NCBI GenBank assembly: GCA_046290825.1
Contig: JBKBTZ010000001.1
Location: 29,364 to 93,363, forward strand
Source of the DNA: Limisphaerales bacterium
Lineage (GTDB): Bacteria; Verrucomicrobiota; Verrucomicrobiia; Limisphaerales; DSYF01
Direction: 5' to 3'
DNA: 64,000 nt
The notes under the pieces: generated by a model
Database searches by the model: none
What the model was told of the DNA's origin: nothing
The model's input: the letters and a program-made list of their open reading frames with translations, nothing else
Shown here: positions 1-10,113 of the stretch, in pieces
Position numbering within the stretch: position 1 is the stretch's first letter
Layout: each line of letters starts with the position of its first letter
Translations under genes and position numbers: made by a program

Positions 1-1
1 C

Positions 2-277
2 GAGGCGCTCAAAGATGCCATCCATGCATGCGTCTGGCGGGGCGGAGTGCCGGCCGAGATGCTCGAGGTGATGCTTAACGCCCGGCATCAGGATGCGCTG
101 CGCCGGGCGCGGGAGGCGGTGGAACGCGGTCGCACGGCGCTGGTGGGCGGGCAGTCGCTCGAGTTCGTGGCGCTCGAGCTGCACATCGGCATCAACGCGG
201 TGGGCGAGGTCATCGGCAAGACCACGACTGAGGATTTGTTGGATTCGATCTTCAGCCAGTTCTGCATCGGCAAGTGA
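2..277 (+). CDS. mnmE: tRNA modification GTPase MnmE, C-terminal fragment (5' end lies outside the window)
   Basis: The frame is open from the window edge. The tail ...GKTTTEDLLDSIFSQFCIGK* carries the C-terminal FCIGK signature typical of MnmE/TrmE. Confidence 0.8.
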   Translation, partial: EALKDAIHACVWRGGVPAEMLEVMLNARHQDALRRAREAVERGRTALVGGQSLEFVALELHIGINAVGEVIGKTTTEDLLDSIFSQFCIGK

Positions 278-555
278 GGACCGGGGCATGGCGGCATCCG
301 GGCGGTTGGACTCACCGCGAATCACCCAAAGCTCGAGAAACGGGACGAACCGAACTGTCCGCCTTGCCCCCGAGCGCATCGAACAGGGAAAGCAGCTTGG
401 GCAAGAAGTGGTTCCTTGTCCGGCCGGATCGGCAGTGGGGATTCATTCGGGTCGTTCCGGGATTTTGCGCCTCAACAAAATCCTTCCGGCTGGAGGCGGG
501 GCGGGGCGGGGTCGGGTGCAGAATTTGATTGGCCAAGCCGCCAATAGGTGAAATC

Positions 556-591
556 AAAAAAACCGCCGGCGGCACGGGCCGTCGGCGGTTT
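556..591 (-). terminator. Intrinsic terminator for the fasciclin gene, possibly bidirectional
   Basis: GC-rich hairpin: 563-573 pairs with 578-588 around loop acgg. It has one G-T pair on the + strand, which is a C-A mismatch on the - strand. An A7 run at 556-562 gives U7 on the minus transcript, and TTT at 589-591 follows on the plus strand. It sits 21 nt downstream of the minus-strand stop at 612. Confidence 0.6.
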
Positions 592-611
592 GCGGATCAG
601 CAACTGTTCTT

Positions 612-1130
612 TCAGGGCAGCAAGACGGTGTCAATCACGTGAATGACGCCGTTGCTGGCAAAGACGTCGGTGGCGGCAATCTGAGACTGCGGGGTTCCCG
701 GAGTCCGCAGAAACACCCCTTCATCGGTTACGGACACGCGCAGGAATGTGCCGCTGAGCGTGCCAATTTGCCGCATGCGAACGACTTGGGCGGCCGTCAA
801 GCGGCCCGGCTTGACGTGAGTGGCGAGGATGCGTTGCAGCGTCGGCACGGGCACCGTGTCAATGTTCCCGGCATTCAAGCCGAGCTTGGCGAAGGCCGCG
901 TCGGTCGGGGCAAAGACCGTGAATTGACGCCGCCCGTCCAGCAGACCCACGAAGCCGGCCCGTTGCACGGCGGCGATCAGCGTCGAGAACTCGCCCGATT
1001 GCTGGTTCACGGCCACGGCCGTGCCGACGATGGTGGGCAGGGGGCCTTGGGAGGCTTGGGTCGCAGCGCTGCCGATAAGCAGGACGGCCGCCGCTGCGCT
1101 CCAGAGGGAGGATTTGATGAACGCTTTCAT
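612..1130 (-). CDS. Secreted fasciclin (FAS1) domain protein
   Basis: N-terminal signal peptide (MKAFIKSSLWSAAAAVLLIGSAATQA). FAS1 motifs TVFAPTDAAF and NGVIHVIDTVLLP are present. ATG checked at 1128-1130. Confidence 0.85.
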   Translation of the reverse strand: MKAFIKSSLWSAAAAVLLIGSAATQASQGPLPTIVGTAVAVNQQSGEFSTLIAAVQRAGFVGLLDGRRQFTVFAPTDAAFAKLGLNAGNIDTVPVPTLQRILATHVKPGRLTAAQVVRMRQIGTLSGTFLRVSVTDEGVFLRTPGTPQSQIAATDVFASNGVIHVIDTVLLP

Positions 1131-1219
1131 GATTGCGGTTTTTCTTTTTGTTGTTGGTTACGGTTGCTCTTTCCTCGTCCGTCCGTTTCGGAGTGGAAAG
1201 TGCCGGAAAATTCCATCTG

Positions 1220-1247
1220 TTCACATTTTGTCAAATCACTGTATAGT
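1220..1247 (+). promoter_or_regulatory. Sigma70-like promoter candidate (TTCACA-16 nt-TATAGT)
   Basis: TTCACA at 1220-1225, a 16-nt spacer, then TATAGT at 1242-1247, inside the only AT-rich patch of this intergenic region. Promoter rules for this phylum are not well established. Confidence 0.3.
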
Positions 1248-1253
1248 TTTTTG

Positions 1254-1507
1254 TCTAAATTAGTTTTGAACCTTTTTGGGGACCGGCTTAGGGGCGAGGG
1301 GGAGGGTGGGCTGGACATCGTTGGCTGGGCTTTAGCTGCCATGGGTGTGTCCCCCGTAATGGTGACTATTGGCTTGGCCGCTTTGGGTTAGGATAGTGGC
1401 GTAAATTTCGACTGCGACGCCAGCGCAGTCAGGCCGCGAAGGTCGCGATGGTTGTTCAAAAGTGTGTGTGTTGACGGGCCGGACGAAAGTCCGGCCCGAA
1501 CTTTTTG
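1254..1507 (+). ncRNA. Candidate structured sRNA or terminator-ended leader upstream of gpx
   Basis: Bounded by the promoter candidate at 1220-1247 and the strong terminator at 1470-1507. Internal perfect hairpins occur at 1410-1430 (GACTGCG/CGCAGTC) and 1435-1447 (CGCGA/TCGCG). No convincing ORF is present. No known RNA family was recognised. Confidence 0.25.
1470..1507 (+). terminator. Intrinsic terminator with no upstream protein-coding gene on its strand
   Basis: 13-bp stem (1470-1472 and 1475-1484 pair with 1489-1501, with a 2-nt bulge at 1473-1474) and a GAAA tetraloop at 1485-1488. TTTTT at 1502-1506 follows immediately. Confidence 0.55.
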
Positions 1508-1553
1508 CCGGATGGCCGGTTGACTTTGCGGGTGGCTCGACAACATTCCGCGC

Positions 1554-2099
1554 ATGAAAAATCCGCTTCTCCTGCTGACCATGATTTCTGCTCTGACTCT
1601 CGCCGCCCCGGCGGCCGGCATTTACGACGTGAAGGTGAAGGACATTGACGGCAAAGAGGTTTCTTTGAAGGACTACGAGGGCAAGGTGCTGCTGGTGGTG
1701 AACGTGGCCTCGCGCTGCGGGTTCACGAAGCAATACGCCGGGTTGGAGGCACTGTATCAGAAATACAAGGATCGCGGCCTGGTGGTGCTGGGTTTCCCCT
1801 GCAATCAGTTTGGGGGTCAGGAGCCGGGCACCAACGCGGAGATCAAGGAATTCTGCAGCACGAAGTTCAACGTCACTTTTCCGCTGTTCGACAAAATCGA
1901 GGTCAACGGTCCCAACCGTCATCCGCTTTACGTCCGGCTGGCCGGCAAGGACTCGCCCTTTCCCGGTGACATTCGGTGGAACTTCAACAAATTTCTGGTG
2001 AACCGGAAAGGCGAGGTGGTGAATCGGTTCGATTCCAAGGTGGCGCCGGACGCCGCTGAACTGGTCGCGGCGGTTGAGGCCGCGCTGGGCGCGAAGTAA
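1554..2099 (+). CDS. gpx: Glutathione peroxidase
   Basis: GPx motifs VNVASRCGFT (catalytic Cys) and LGFPCNQFGGQEPG, followed by IRWNFNKFLV. An N-terminal signal-like segment is present. Confidence 0.9.
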   Translation: MKNPLLLLTMISALTLAAPAAGIYDVKVKDIDGKEVSLKDYEGKVLLVVNVASRCGFTKQYAGLEALYQKYKDRGLVVLGFPCNQFGGQEPGTNAEIKEFCSTKFNVTFPLFDKIEVNGPNRHPLYVRLAGKDSPFPGDIRWNFNKFLVNRKGEVVNRFDSKVAPDAAELVAAVEAALGAK

Positions 2100-2111
2100 T
2101 CCCGCGGTGAG

Positions 2112-2363
2112 TCAGGCGGGCGCCATTGCTCCCGGCGATGGAGCGGCTCTCAGCCGCCCACAGATGGCGTGGTAGGTGGCCAGGTAAGCGAGGTCCTCCT
2201 CGTTCAGGGCGGCGAACCAGCGTTCGCGGCGGGCGCGGCCGAGGCGCCGCACCCGGCAGAGCGGGCAATCGGCGGGGTTGTCGTGGCCAACCGGGCAACC
2301 TTCCAGCAACTCCGCCAATTCCGCCCGTCGGCGGGCCGTGGTCAGGGAGGTGGACGTTTTCAT
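2112..2363 (-). CDS. Small Cys/His-rich hypothetical protein (possible zinc-binding)
   Basis: Start chosen at the internal ATG (2361-2363, MKTSTSLT...). The longer ORF extending to 2510 would overlap the dnaE start. Motif GCPVGHDNPADCPLC plus a later YHAIC. Family not recognised. Confidence 0.4.
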   Translation of the reverse strand: MKTSTSLTTARRRAELAELLEGCPVGHDNPADCPLCRVRRLGRARRERWFAALNEEDLAYLATYHAICGRLRAAPSPGAMAPA

Positions 2364-2508
2364 GGTTTGAGGCGGCGTGGAGAAAGGCGGGCCAAACCGC
2401 AAATGAGCCTCGCGCGGGGCTGTTGCGCTGTCAAATGCCTCCGGGTGTTGCGCCGGTGAGCAACCCCGGCTTGCCCCGTCCGCGAAGCGGCGCGTAACCT
2501 GCCCGCCC

Positions 2509-5500
2509 ATGTCGCACGCGGAATTTGTTCATCTTCACGTTCACAGCGAATACTCGCTGCTCGACGGGGCGTGCCGACTGGACCGGCTGATTGACCGCGC
2601 CCATGCCCTCAAGTTTCCCGCCCTGGCGCTGACCGACCACGGCGCGATGCATGGTGCGATTGATTTTTACCAGGCCGCGATGGCGAAGGGCATCAAGCCG
2701 ATCATCGGCTGCGAGGTGTATGTCGCACCCGGCAGCCGGAAGGAGCGGAAAACCCCGAGCGGCGGGCGGGATGTCTATAACCATCTCGTGCTGCTGGCGA
2801 AGGACGAGATTGGTTACAAAAACCTCATCCGCCTGGCCACGCTCGCGCAGACCGAGGGCTACTATTACAAGCCGCGCATAGACAAGGAACTGCTGGCCGA
2901 ATGCCGGCAGGGCATCATCGCGTTGTCCGGCTGCCTCGCGAGCGAGATTCCCGAGGCCATCCTCAAGGATCAGTTGGACAAGGCGCGCGCCGCGATTGAC
3001 TGGTTCAAGCAGACGCTCGGGCCGGAGAATTTCTACCTCGAACTCCAGAACCACGGCATTCCCGAGCAGGCCAAGGTCAACCGCCACCTCATCCCGTGGG
3101 CCAAGGAGTTCGGCCTCAAGCTCGTTGCCACCAACGACGTCCACTACGTCCTGCGCGAGCACTGGAAGGCGCACGACTGCCTGGTGTGCATCGGCCGCCA
3201 GTCCCAGCATGACCCGTCGAAACCGGTCTATGTGCCGGAGCAGTTTTACCTCCGCTCGGCGGAGGAGATGCTGGCGCGGTTTGCCGAGGTGCCCGAGGCG
3301 GTGCGGAACACCCTCGAGGTGGCCGAACAGTGCGGCCTCGAGATCAAGTTTGGTCAGAATCACTTCCCCACCTTTCACCCGCCCGCCGGCAAAAGCCGCG
3401 AACTCTACCTGCGCGAGTTGCTTGCCGAGGGCCTCGAACGCCGTTACACGCTCCGCGCGCACGTCGAGGACAAGCAGTTCGTCGTGGACGGCATTGCGGA
3501 TCCAAAACGGCTGCCGACCCTGACGGTTTCGGGTTCCGAGGTGCCAATGGCGGGTCCGGACACTGCGCCTGAACCGAAACCCGGAACCCAAAGCCCGAAA
3601 CTTCACGAACAACCCGCCGTCGCCGCTGCCATCCGAACCGTCCTGGACCGGCTCGACCTCGAACTGGGCGTCATCGAGAAGACCGGCTTCGTCAGCTACT
3701 TCCTCATTGTGGGCGATTTTGTCCGCAAGGGTCGCGAGATGGGCATTGCCTGCGTGGCGCGCGGTTCTGCCGCCGGCTCGCTGGTGACCTACCTGCTCGA
3801 GATCGCCAACGTGGACCCCATCCGCTACGGCCTGCTTTTCGAGCGCTTCCTCAACCCCGAGCGCGTCAACCCGCCCGACATTGACATTGATTTCGCGGAC
3901 GACCGCCGCGCCGACGTCATCGAATACGTCCGCGAAAAATACGGGCGCGATTGCGTGGCCCAGATCATCACATTCGGCACGCTGGGCGCCAAAGCCGTCA
4001 TCCGCGACGTGGGCCGCGTCATGGGCCTCACCTACGGCGAGTGCGACCGCCTCGCCAAGATGATTCCCAACGACCTGAAGATGACGTTGGAGAAGGCGCT
4101 CAAGCAGTCGCCTGACTTCAAACAGGCCTACGAGACCGAGGAGGTCACCCGCGAGTTGGTGGACACCGCGATGGTGCTCGAGGACGTGACCCGGAACGCC
4201 AGCGTCCACGCCGCCGGCGTGGTCATCGGCCCCGAACCGCTCATCAACCTCCTCCCGCTCAAGCAGGACGAGGACGGCACCATCGTCACCCAATACGCGA
4301 TGGGGCCGGTCGGCGACCTCGGCCTGCTCAAAATGGATTTCCTCGGGCTGAAGACCCTCACCGTCATCCGCAACACCTGCGAGATGGTGAAGCGGACGCG
4401 CGGCATCACGGTGGACGTGGACACGCTGCCCCTGGACGACGCACGGACGTATGAGCTGCTCAACCGCGCGGAGACGCTGGGCGTGTTCCAGTTGGAATCC
4501 AGCGGGATGCGCGACCTCTGCAAGAAGTTCCAGATCGCCTCCGTCGAGCACATCACCGCGCTGGTGGCGCTGTATCGGCCCGGGCCGATGGACCTGATTC
4601 CCGAGTTCATCAAACGCCGCCACGGCGAGGTGAAGGTGGAATACGAGCACCCCCTGCTCGAGCCGATTGCGAAGGAGACCTACGGCATCCTCATCTACCA
4701 GGAACAGGTCATGCAAGCCGCGCAGGTGCTGGCCGGCTACACTCTGGGCGCCGCTGACCTGCTCCGCCGCGCGATGGGCAAGAAGAAGGTCGAGGAAATG
4801 CAGAAACAGCGGGAGAAGTTCGTCAAGGGCTGCAAGGAGACGAACAAGATTCCCGAGGCCAAAGCCAACCAGATTTTCGACCTGCTCGAGAAGTTCGCGG
4901 GCTACGGCTTCAACAAATCCCACGCCGCCGCCTACGCCATCGTCGCCTACCAGACGGCCTACCTAAAGGCGAACTACCCCGTCGAGTTCCTCAGCGCGAT
5001 GATGACCAACGACATGGCGGACACCGCCAAGCTCGGGCAATACATTGCCGAGGCTCGCCAGATGGGCATCGAGGTGCTGCCGCCGGACGTGAACGAAAGC
5101 CAGATGCACTTCGGTCCGGCGGGCAGGGAGGGTAAATCCATCCGGTTCGGTCTGGCCGCCATCAAGGGCGTGGGGGAAATCGCCGTCCAAAGCATTCTCA
5201 AGGCCCGCGCCGAGGGCGGCCCGTTCCGTTCCCTCGCCGACCTGTGCGAGCGCGTGGACACCCGCGCGGTGAACCGCAAGACCCTTGAGGCCCTCATCAA
5301 GTGCGGCGCGTGCGATGGGTTTGGGGAGACGCGCGCCACCCTGTTTGCCAGCATGGACCTGGCGCTGACCCGCGCGGCCGGCATTGTGGCCGACCGCCAG
5401 CGCGGCCAAGCCTCGATGTTCGACCTGCTCGAACCCGCGGAGACCCAGCCCGCGCGGGTGATCCAGCTCCCGGAATGGCCGCAACATGAGCTGCTCGCGG

Positions 5501-6189
5501 CGGAGAAGGAACTGCTCGGGTTCTACGTCACCGGCCATCCGCTTTCCCCCCTCGCGCCGTTGCTGGAAAAGTATTCCCTCCACACCACGACCGCGCTGGC
5601 CGCGCTGCCCCACCGCTCCATGACCCGCTTTGGCGGGATGGTGGCCGCCGTGCAGCAGGGCTTTGCCAAAAAGAGCAACAAGCCCTACGCGCTGGTCACG
5701 CTTGAGGACCTCGAGGGCGCCGTGCAGATGCTCTGCATGAACGAGAACTACGACAAGTATCGCGACCTGCTTACGCCGAACCGCGCCCTGCTCGTCCTCG
5801 GCGAAGTCAATACCGGCGAGGACAAGCCGAAGATTTTCCCCCAGGAAATCCTCCCCCTCGAGGAAGCCCCGAAACGCTTTACCAAACAGGTCCATCTGCG
5901 CCTGCAGATGGCGCACCTTCCGCCGGAGCGCCTCGAGCAGATTCGCGACCTCGTCATCGCCCACTCTGGCAAGTGCCCCCTCCTGCTCTGCTTCATGCCC
6001 CCCACCGGCGGTTACATCTACATGGACACCAGCGATCGCTTCTCCGTCACCCCGTCGCTGGCGCTTCAGCAGGCCGTGGATGCCCTGCTGGGCGAGGGCA
6101 CTTACTTCGCCAAGGTGGATACCACTCCGCCCGAGCGGCCGCGCCGCAACTGGGAACGCCGCGCCAGCAACGGCGAAGAAGGTGAATAG
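2509..6189 (+). CDS. dnaE: DNA polymerase III alpha subunit
   Basis: 1226 aa. PHP domain start FVHLHVHSEYSLLDG, a polymerase core (GFVSYFLIVGDF, PDIDIDF, FNKSHAAAYA) and an OB-fold tail. Confidence 0.95.
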   Translation: MSHAEFVHLHVHSEYSLLDGACRLDRLIDRAHALKFPALALTDHGAMHGAIDFYQAAMAKGIKPIIGCEVYVAPGSRKERKTPSGGRDVYNHLVLLAKDEIGYKNLIRLATLAQTEGYYYKPRIDKELLAECRQGIIALSGCLASEIPEAILKDQLDKARAAIDWFKQTLGPENFYLELQNHGIPEQAKVNRHLIPWAKEFGLKLVATNDVHYVLREHWKAHDCLVCIGRQSQHDPSKPVYVPEQFYLRSAEEMLARFAEVPEAVRNTLEVAEQCGLEIKFGQNHFPTFHPPAGKSRELYLRELLAEGLERRYTLRAHVEDKQFVVDGIADPKRLPTLTVSGSEVPMAGPDTAPEPKPGTQSPKLHEQPAVAAAIRTVLDRLDLELGVIEKTGFVSYFLIVGDFVRKGREMGIACVARGSAAGSLVTYLLEIANVDPIRYGLLFERFLNPERVNPPDIDIDFADDRRADVIEYVREKYGRDCVAQIITFGTLGAKAVIRDVGRVMGLTYGECDRLAKMIPNDLKMTLEKALKQSPDFKQAYETEEVTRELVDTAMVLEDVTRNASVHAAGVVIGPEPLINLLPLKQDEDGTIVTQYAMGPVGDLGLLKMDFLGLKTLTVIRNTCEMVKRTRGITVDVDTLPLDDARTYELLNRAETLGVFQLESSGMRDLCKKFQIASVEHITALVALYRPGPMDLIPEFIKRRHGEVKVEYEHPLLEPIAKETYGILIYQEQVMQAAQVLAGYTLGAADLLRRAMGKKKVEEMQKQREKFVKGCKETNKIPEAKANQIFDLLEKFAGYGFNKSHAAAYAIVAYQTAYLKANYPVEFLSAMMTNDMADTAKLGQYIAEARQMGIEVLPPDVNESQMHFGPAGREGKSIRFGLAAIKGVGEIAVQSILKARAEGGPFRSLADLCERVDTRAVNRKTLEALIKCGACDGFGETRATLFASMDLALTRAAGIVADRQRGQASMFDLLEPAETQPARVIQLPEWPQHELLAAEKELLGFYVTGHPLSPLAPLLEKYSLHTTTALAALPHRSMTRFGGMVAAVQQGFAKKSNKPYALVTLEDLEGAVQMLCMNENYDKYRDLLTPNRALLVLGEVNTGEDKPKIFPQEILPLEEAPKRFTKQVHLRLQMAHLPPERLEQIRDLVIAHSGKCPLLLCFMPPTGGYIYMDTSDRFSVTPSLALQQAVDALLGEGTYFAKVDTTPPERPRRNWERRASNGEEGE

Positions 6190-6255
6190 GCCGCGCCACG
6201 GCCAACCCCACAGGCCGGGATTTACGACTCGTGGCCGCCGGCTTACGCTGCCCGC

Positions 6256-6960
6256 ATGGGTCTCGCCGAAAATCTGGATGCCATCCAAGCCCGCATCGCC
6301 GCCGCCTGTGCGCGCGCCGGTCGGTCGCCGGCGGAAGTCACGCTGCTGGCCGTGAGCAAGACGCATCCGCCGGAAATGGTGCGCGAGGCGGCGCGCCTGG
6401 GCGTGGTGGTGTTCGGCGAGAACAAGGTGCAGGAAGCGAAGGCCAAGATCCCGCATTGCCCCGGCTCGTTGCGCTGGCATTTCATCGGTCACCTGCAATC
6501 CAACAAGGCGCGGGACGCGGTGGAGCTGTTCGAGATGGTCCAGAGCGTGGACAGCCTGGCGCTGGCGCGCGAGCTGAACAAGCGGTGCGAAGCCGCCGCC
6601 CGCCGCCTGCCCGTGCTGCTCGAGGTGAACCTCGCGGGCGAGGCCAGCAAATTTGGTTACGCGCCGGAACGCCTGCTCGCCGAACTGTCGGAAATCAACG
6701 CCCTGCCCCGCCTCGAAATTCACGGCCTGATGACCGTGCCGCCATGGAAGCCCGCGGCGGAGCAGGTGCGCCCGTTTTTCCGCGCCCTGCGCGAACTGAA
6801 GCAACGCTGCGAGGAGGCGCTGGGCGCGCCGTTGCCGCACCTCAGCATGGGCATGAGCGGCGACTTCGAAGTGGCCATCGAGGAGGGCGCGACCATCATC
6901 CGGATCGGCACCGCCCTGTTCGGCGAGCGCACCGCCCGCCGGGCGGCGGCGGGCGATTGA
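6256..6960 (+). CDS. yggS: YggS-family pyridoxal-phosphate homeostasis protein
   Basis: VSKTHP... (PLP lysine), FGENKVQE, HFIGHLQSNKA and LSMGMSGD motifs. 234 aa. Confidence 0.9.
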   Translation: MGLAENLDAIQARIAAACARAGRSPAEVTLLAVSKTHPPEMVREAARLGVVVFGENKVQEAKAKIPHCPGSLRWHFIGHLQSNKARDAVELFEMVQSVDSLALARELNKRCEAAARRLPVLLEVNLAGEASKFGYAPERLLAELSEINALPRLEIHGLMTVPPWKPAAEQVRPFFRALRELKQRCEEALGAPLPHLSMGMSGDFEVAIEEGATIIRIGTALFGERTARRAAAGD

Positions 6961-7087
6961 GTCCCGACCCGGCAGCCGCCGTGGCCGCACTTGGAACTTG
7001 GCTTGCGGGGGCGGCACCGTAGATTCGCGGCCCAGGGCGGGGCGACGTTGGGAGGCGCATTCCCGGCGTCCCGCCACGGGCAAAACC

Positions 7088-8107
<1,020 letters not shown>

Positions 8108-8135
8108 GGGGGGCGCCTCGCCGTGCGGTTCGCGT

Positions 8136-9002
8136 TCAGGCCTGAAGCCGGTCCGGGTTGACGTAGGTGCGCCCCGGGGGACGGGTTTTGGATGCGCCCA
8201 GTGCCACGGCCAGGCGCAGGAACATCTGGCCGAGTTTCGGGCGCAGGCTGGCGGGGATGAGCTTGCGCAGCAGACGCGCGTTCGGGCCGATGCGTTCCTG
8301 ATCGAGTGTTTCCACCCACGGCCAGTTCACGGCATCCAGGTCGCCCCAGAAGGCTTCGAGATTCGGGTCCGCATTCCGAATGGGCAGCGGGAATCGGCCG
8401 TCCGCCTCCAGCGCGCGCAAATCGCCGAAGTCATGCCGCAGCGGCGGCAGGGGCCGTTCCTCCTTCCGCACAAAGGCGCAGACGTTGTAACCCTTTTTCG
8501 CGAAGTGGCCGGTCGCCGCGCTGAAGCCCGCCATCGTCAGCACATACATCAACTGGCCGATGTTCCAGCCGACCGCGACGTGCCCGCCGCACACCAGCGG
8601 GTCGGACGGCGGCACTGCCACACACAACAGGCCCCCCGGCTTCAACACGCGCCGCACCTCCTGCAGGGCGAGGCCCACGTTCAGGCAATGCTCCAGCACG
8701 TGCGACATCACCGCCCCATCGAACGTCGCGTCCGGGAACGGCATTTTTTCCACCCAACACTCCACCACCTCGATGCGCTCCCGCTTCAGCGCCTCCGGAT
8801 CAATTTTGTAGGACAACGTGTCAAGGCCGGTGCCCACCACCTTGCTCACCCGCGCGGCAATCGAGCGGCTGATGGTGCCGTCGCCCATGCCCACGTCCAG
8901 CACCACGTCGGTGGGTTTGAACGGGGCGTGTTGAAGCAGGCGGACGGTGTCGGCAATCCGCTGATCGGTGCCGGGCGCGGAGGGCAGGGCAAGGGGTTTC
9001 AT
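8136..9002 (-). CDS. Class I SAM-dependent methyltransferase
   Basis: VLDVGMGDGT (motif I) and LKPGGLLCVAVPP (Methyltransf_11-like). Its start overlaps the stop of the upstream GT2 gene by ATGA (8999-9002). Confidence 0.8.
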   Translation of the reverse strand: MKPLALPSAPGTDQRIADTVRLLQHAPFKPTDVVLDVGMGDGTISRSIAARVSKVVGTGLDTLSYKIDPEALKRERIEVVECWVEKMPFPDATFDGAVMSHVLEHCLNVGLALQEVRRVLKPGGLLCVAVPPSDPLVCGGHVAVGWNIGQLMYVLTMAGFSAATGHFAKKGYNVCAFVRKEERPLPPLRHDFGDLRALEADGRFPLPIRNADPNLEAFWGDLDAVNWPWVETLDQERIGPNARLLRKLIPASLRPKLGQMFLRLAVALGASKTRPPGRTYVNPDRLQA

Positions 9003-10102
9003 GGTTGGGCGGAGGAAAGGACTGGCGCGGACGGTTGCAAATACCGTTTCCGCTGTTCATCAAAAATCCGGTCGTGCCGCCCGCGCAGGCGCAGCAGCAT
9101 TTCCAACTGACCGCGCAGGGCATCCGCCTGCAGCCGCACGGCGGAACCCTCGGCGTTTGTCAGCAGGCTGGCCGGATGGCGGAGCAGCATCCGCGTCAGC
9201 CGCCACAGGGCGCGCGCGGCCTGAAACCGCCAGCTTCGCTCACGGGCGAGTTGCCGGGCGGGCAACTGCGGGTCGGCGGCCATTTTCAACAGGTGGCAAA
9301 ACACGCCGCTGCGGCCATGCCCGCGAAACATCCGGCGCACCACTGGCCACGTCAGCCGGTCGGCGGCCATGTAATGTTTGTAGGTCAGTTCGGGCACGTA
9401 AAAGAACCGGCCGCCCAGCGCGCGCAGGGCAAAACAAAGTTCGGTGTCCTCGCAGGGCCGCGACCGGACGAATGCCCACAATTCCGGCCCGAGCTTTTCG
9501 GAACAGATGAACTCAAAGCCGTGGTCCAGCAGCGCGAGGAACGCGCTCCGGCGGATGCACAGGCCCGCCCCCCAAAGCAGGCTGGTGGGCTGATCGGTCA
9601 CTTCGCCGGCGGTGCGGTATTGTTCGCCCACCGCGTAAGCGGCGCAAAAATCTTTGAACCAGGCGGGCGGCGGCTCTCGCTCATACACCGCGTCACCCCG
9701 CCCGCCGAACGCGGTGGCTTGGGGCAGCGTGGTGAAGGTTCGATGCACGATTTCCACCCAGTCGGGCGGCACCCAATTGTCGTCATCCACGAACGAGAGA
9801 AACTCATACCGCGCCTCCCGTGCCGCTGTGAGCCGGGCCGCGCCCAGGCCGCGGCGGGCTTCCCACACAAGCCGGAGTTGGCCCGGCGCAAAGTGTGGTT
9901 GGAAGGATTCGATGACCTTGACCGTGTCATCGGTGGTGGCGCGGTCCACGACCATCAGCAGTTCCCAGGGAAGGTCGGCGCGCACCTGCTGCGCCGCGAG
10001 ATGCCGCAGGGTTTCCGGCAGCCGGGCCGCGCTGTTGAAACAACAGATGATGACGGACACGCCGGGCGCGATGCCAGCCGGGGATGGAACGGGAGGAGCC
10101 AT
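8999..10102 (-). CDS. Family 2 glycosyltransferase
   Basis: VSVIICCFNSAARLPETL and FVDDDNWVPPDW (DXD) motifs. Start set at ATG 10100-10102, because the longer ORF would overlap the upstream gene's stop at 10114. Confidence 0.8.
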   Translation of the reverse strand: MAPPVPSPAGIAPGVSVIICCFNSAARLPETLRHLAAQQVRADLPWELLMVVDRATTDDTVKVIESFQPHFAPGQLRLVWEARRGLGAARLTAAREARYEFLSFVDDDNWVPPDWVEIVHRTFTTLPQATAFGGRGDAVYEREPPPAWFKDFCAAYAVGEQYRTAGEVTDQPTSLLWGAGLCIRRSAFLALLDHGFEFICSEKLGPELWAFVRSRPCEDTELCFALRALGGRFFYVPELTYKHYMAADRLTWPVVRRMFRGHGRSGVFCHLLKMAADPQLPARQLARERSWRFQAARALWRLTRMLLRHPASLLTNAEGSAVRLQADALRGQLEMLLRLRGRHDRIFDEQRKRYLQPSAPVLSSAQP

Positions 10103-10113
10103 GCGGATGCCAA

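Noticed and set aside
3520-3640. Pro/Glu-rich roughly 35-aa segment in DnaE (TVSGSEVPMAGPDTAPEPKPGTQSPKLHEQPAV) considered as a possible intein or insertion
   Set aside because: It is far too short for an intein and has no Cys/Ser...His-Asn splice-junction motifs. The total length (1226 aa) is normal for DnaE, so it is most likely a linker.
2431-4923. 830-aa ORF on the minus strand
   Set aside because: It is antisense to dnaE, whose translation has unmistakable Pol III alpha motifs. The antisense product is low-complexity and rich in Arg, Gly, Ala, Leu and His, as expected for open antisense frames in high-GC DNA.
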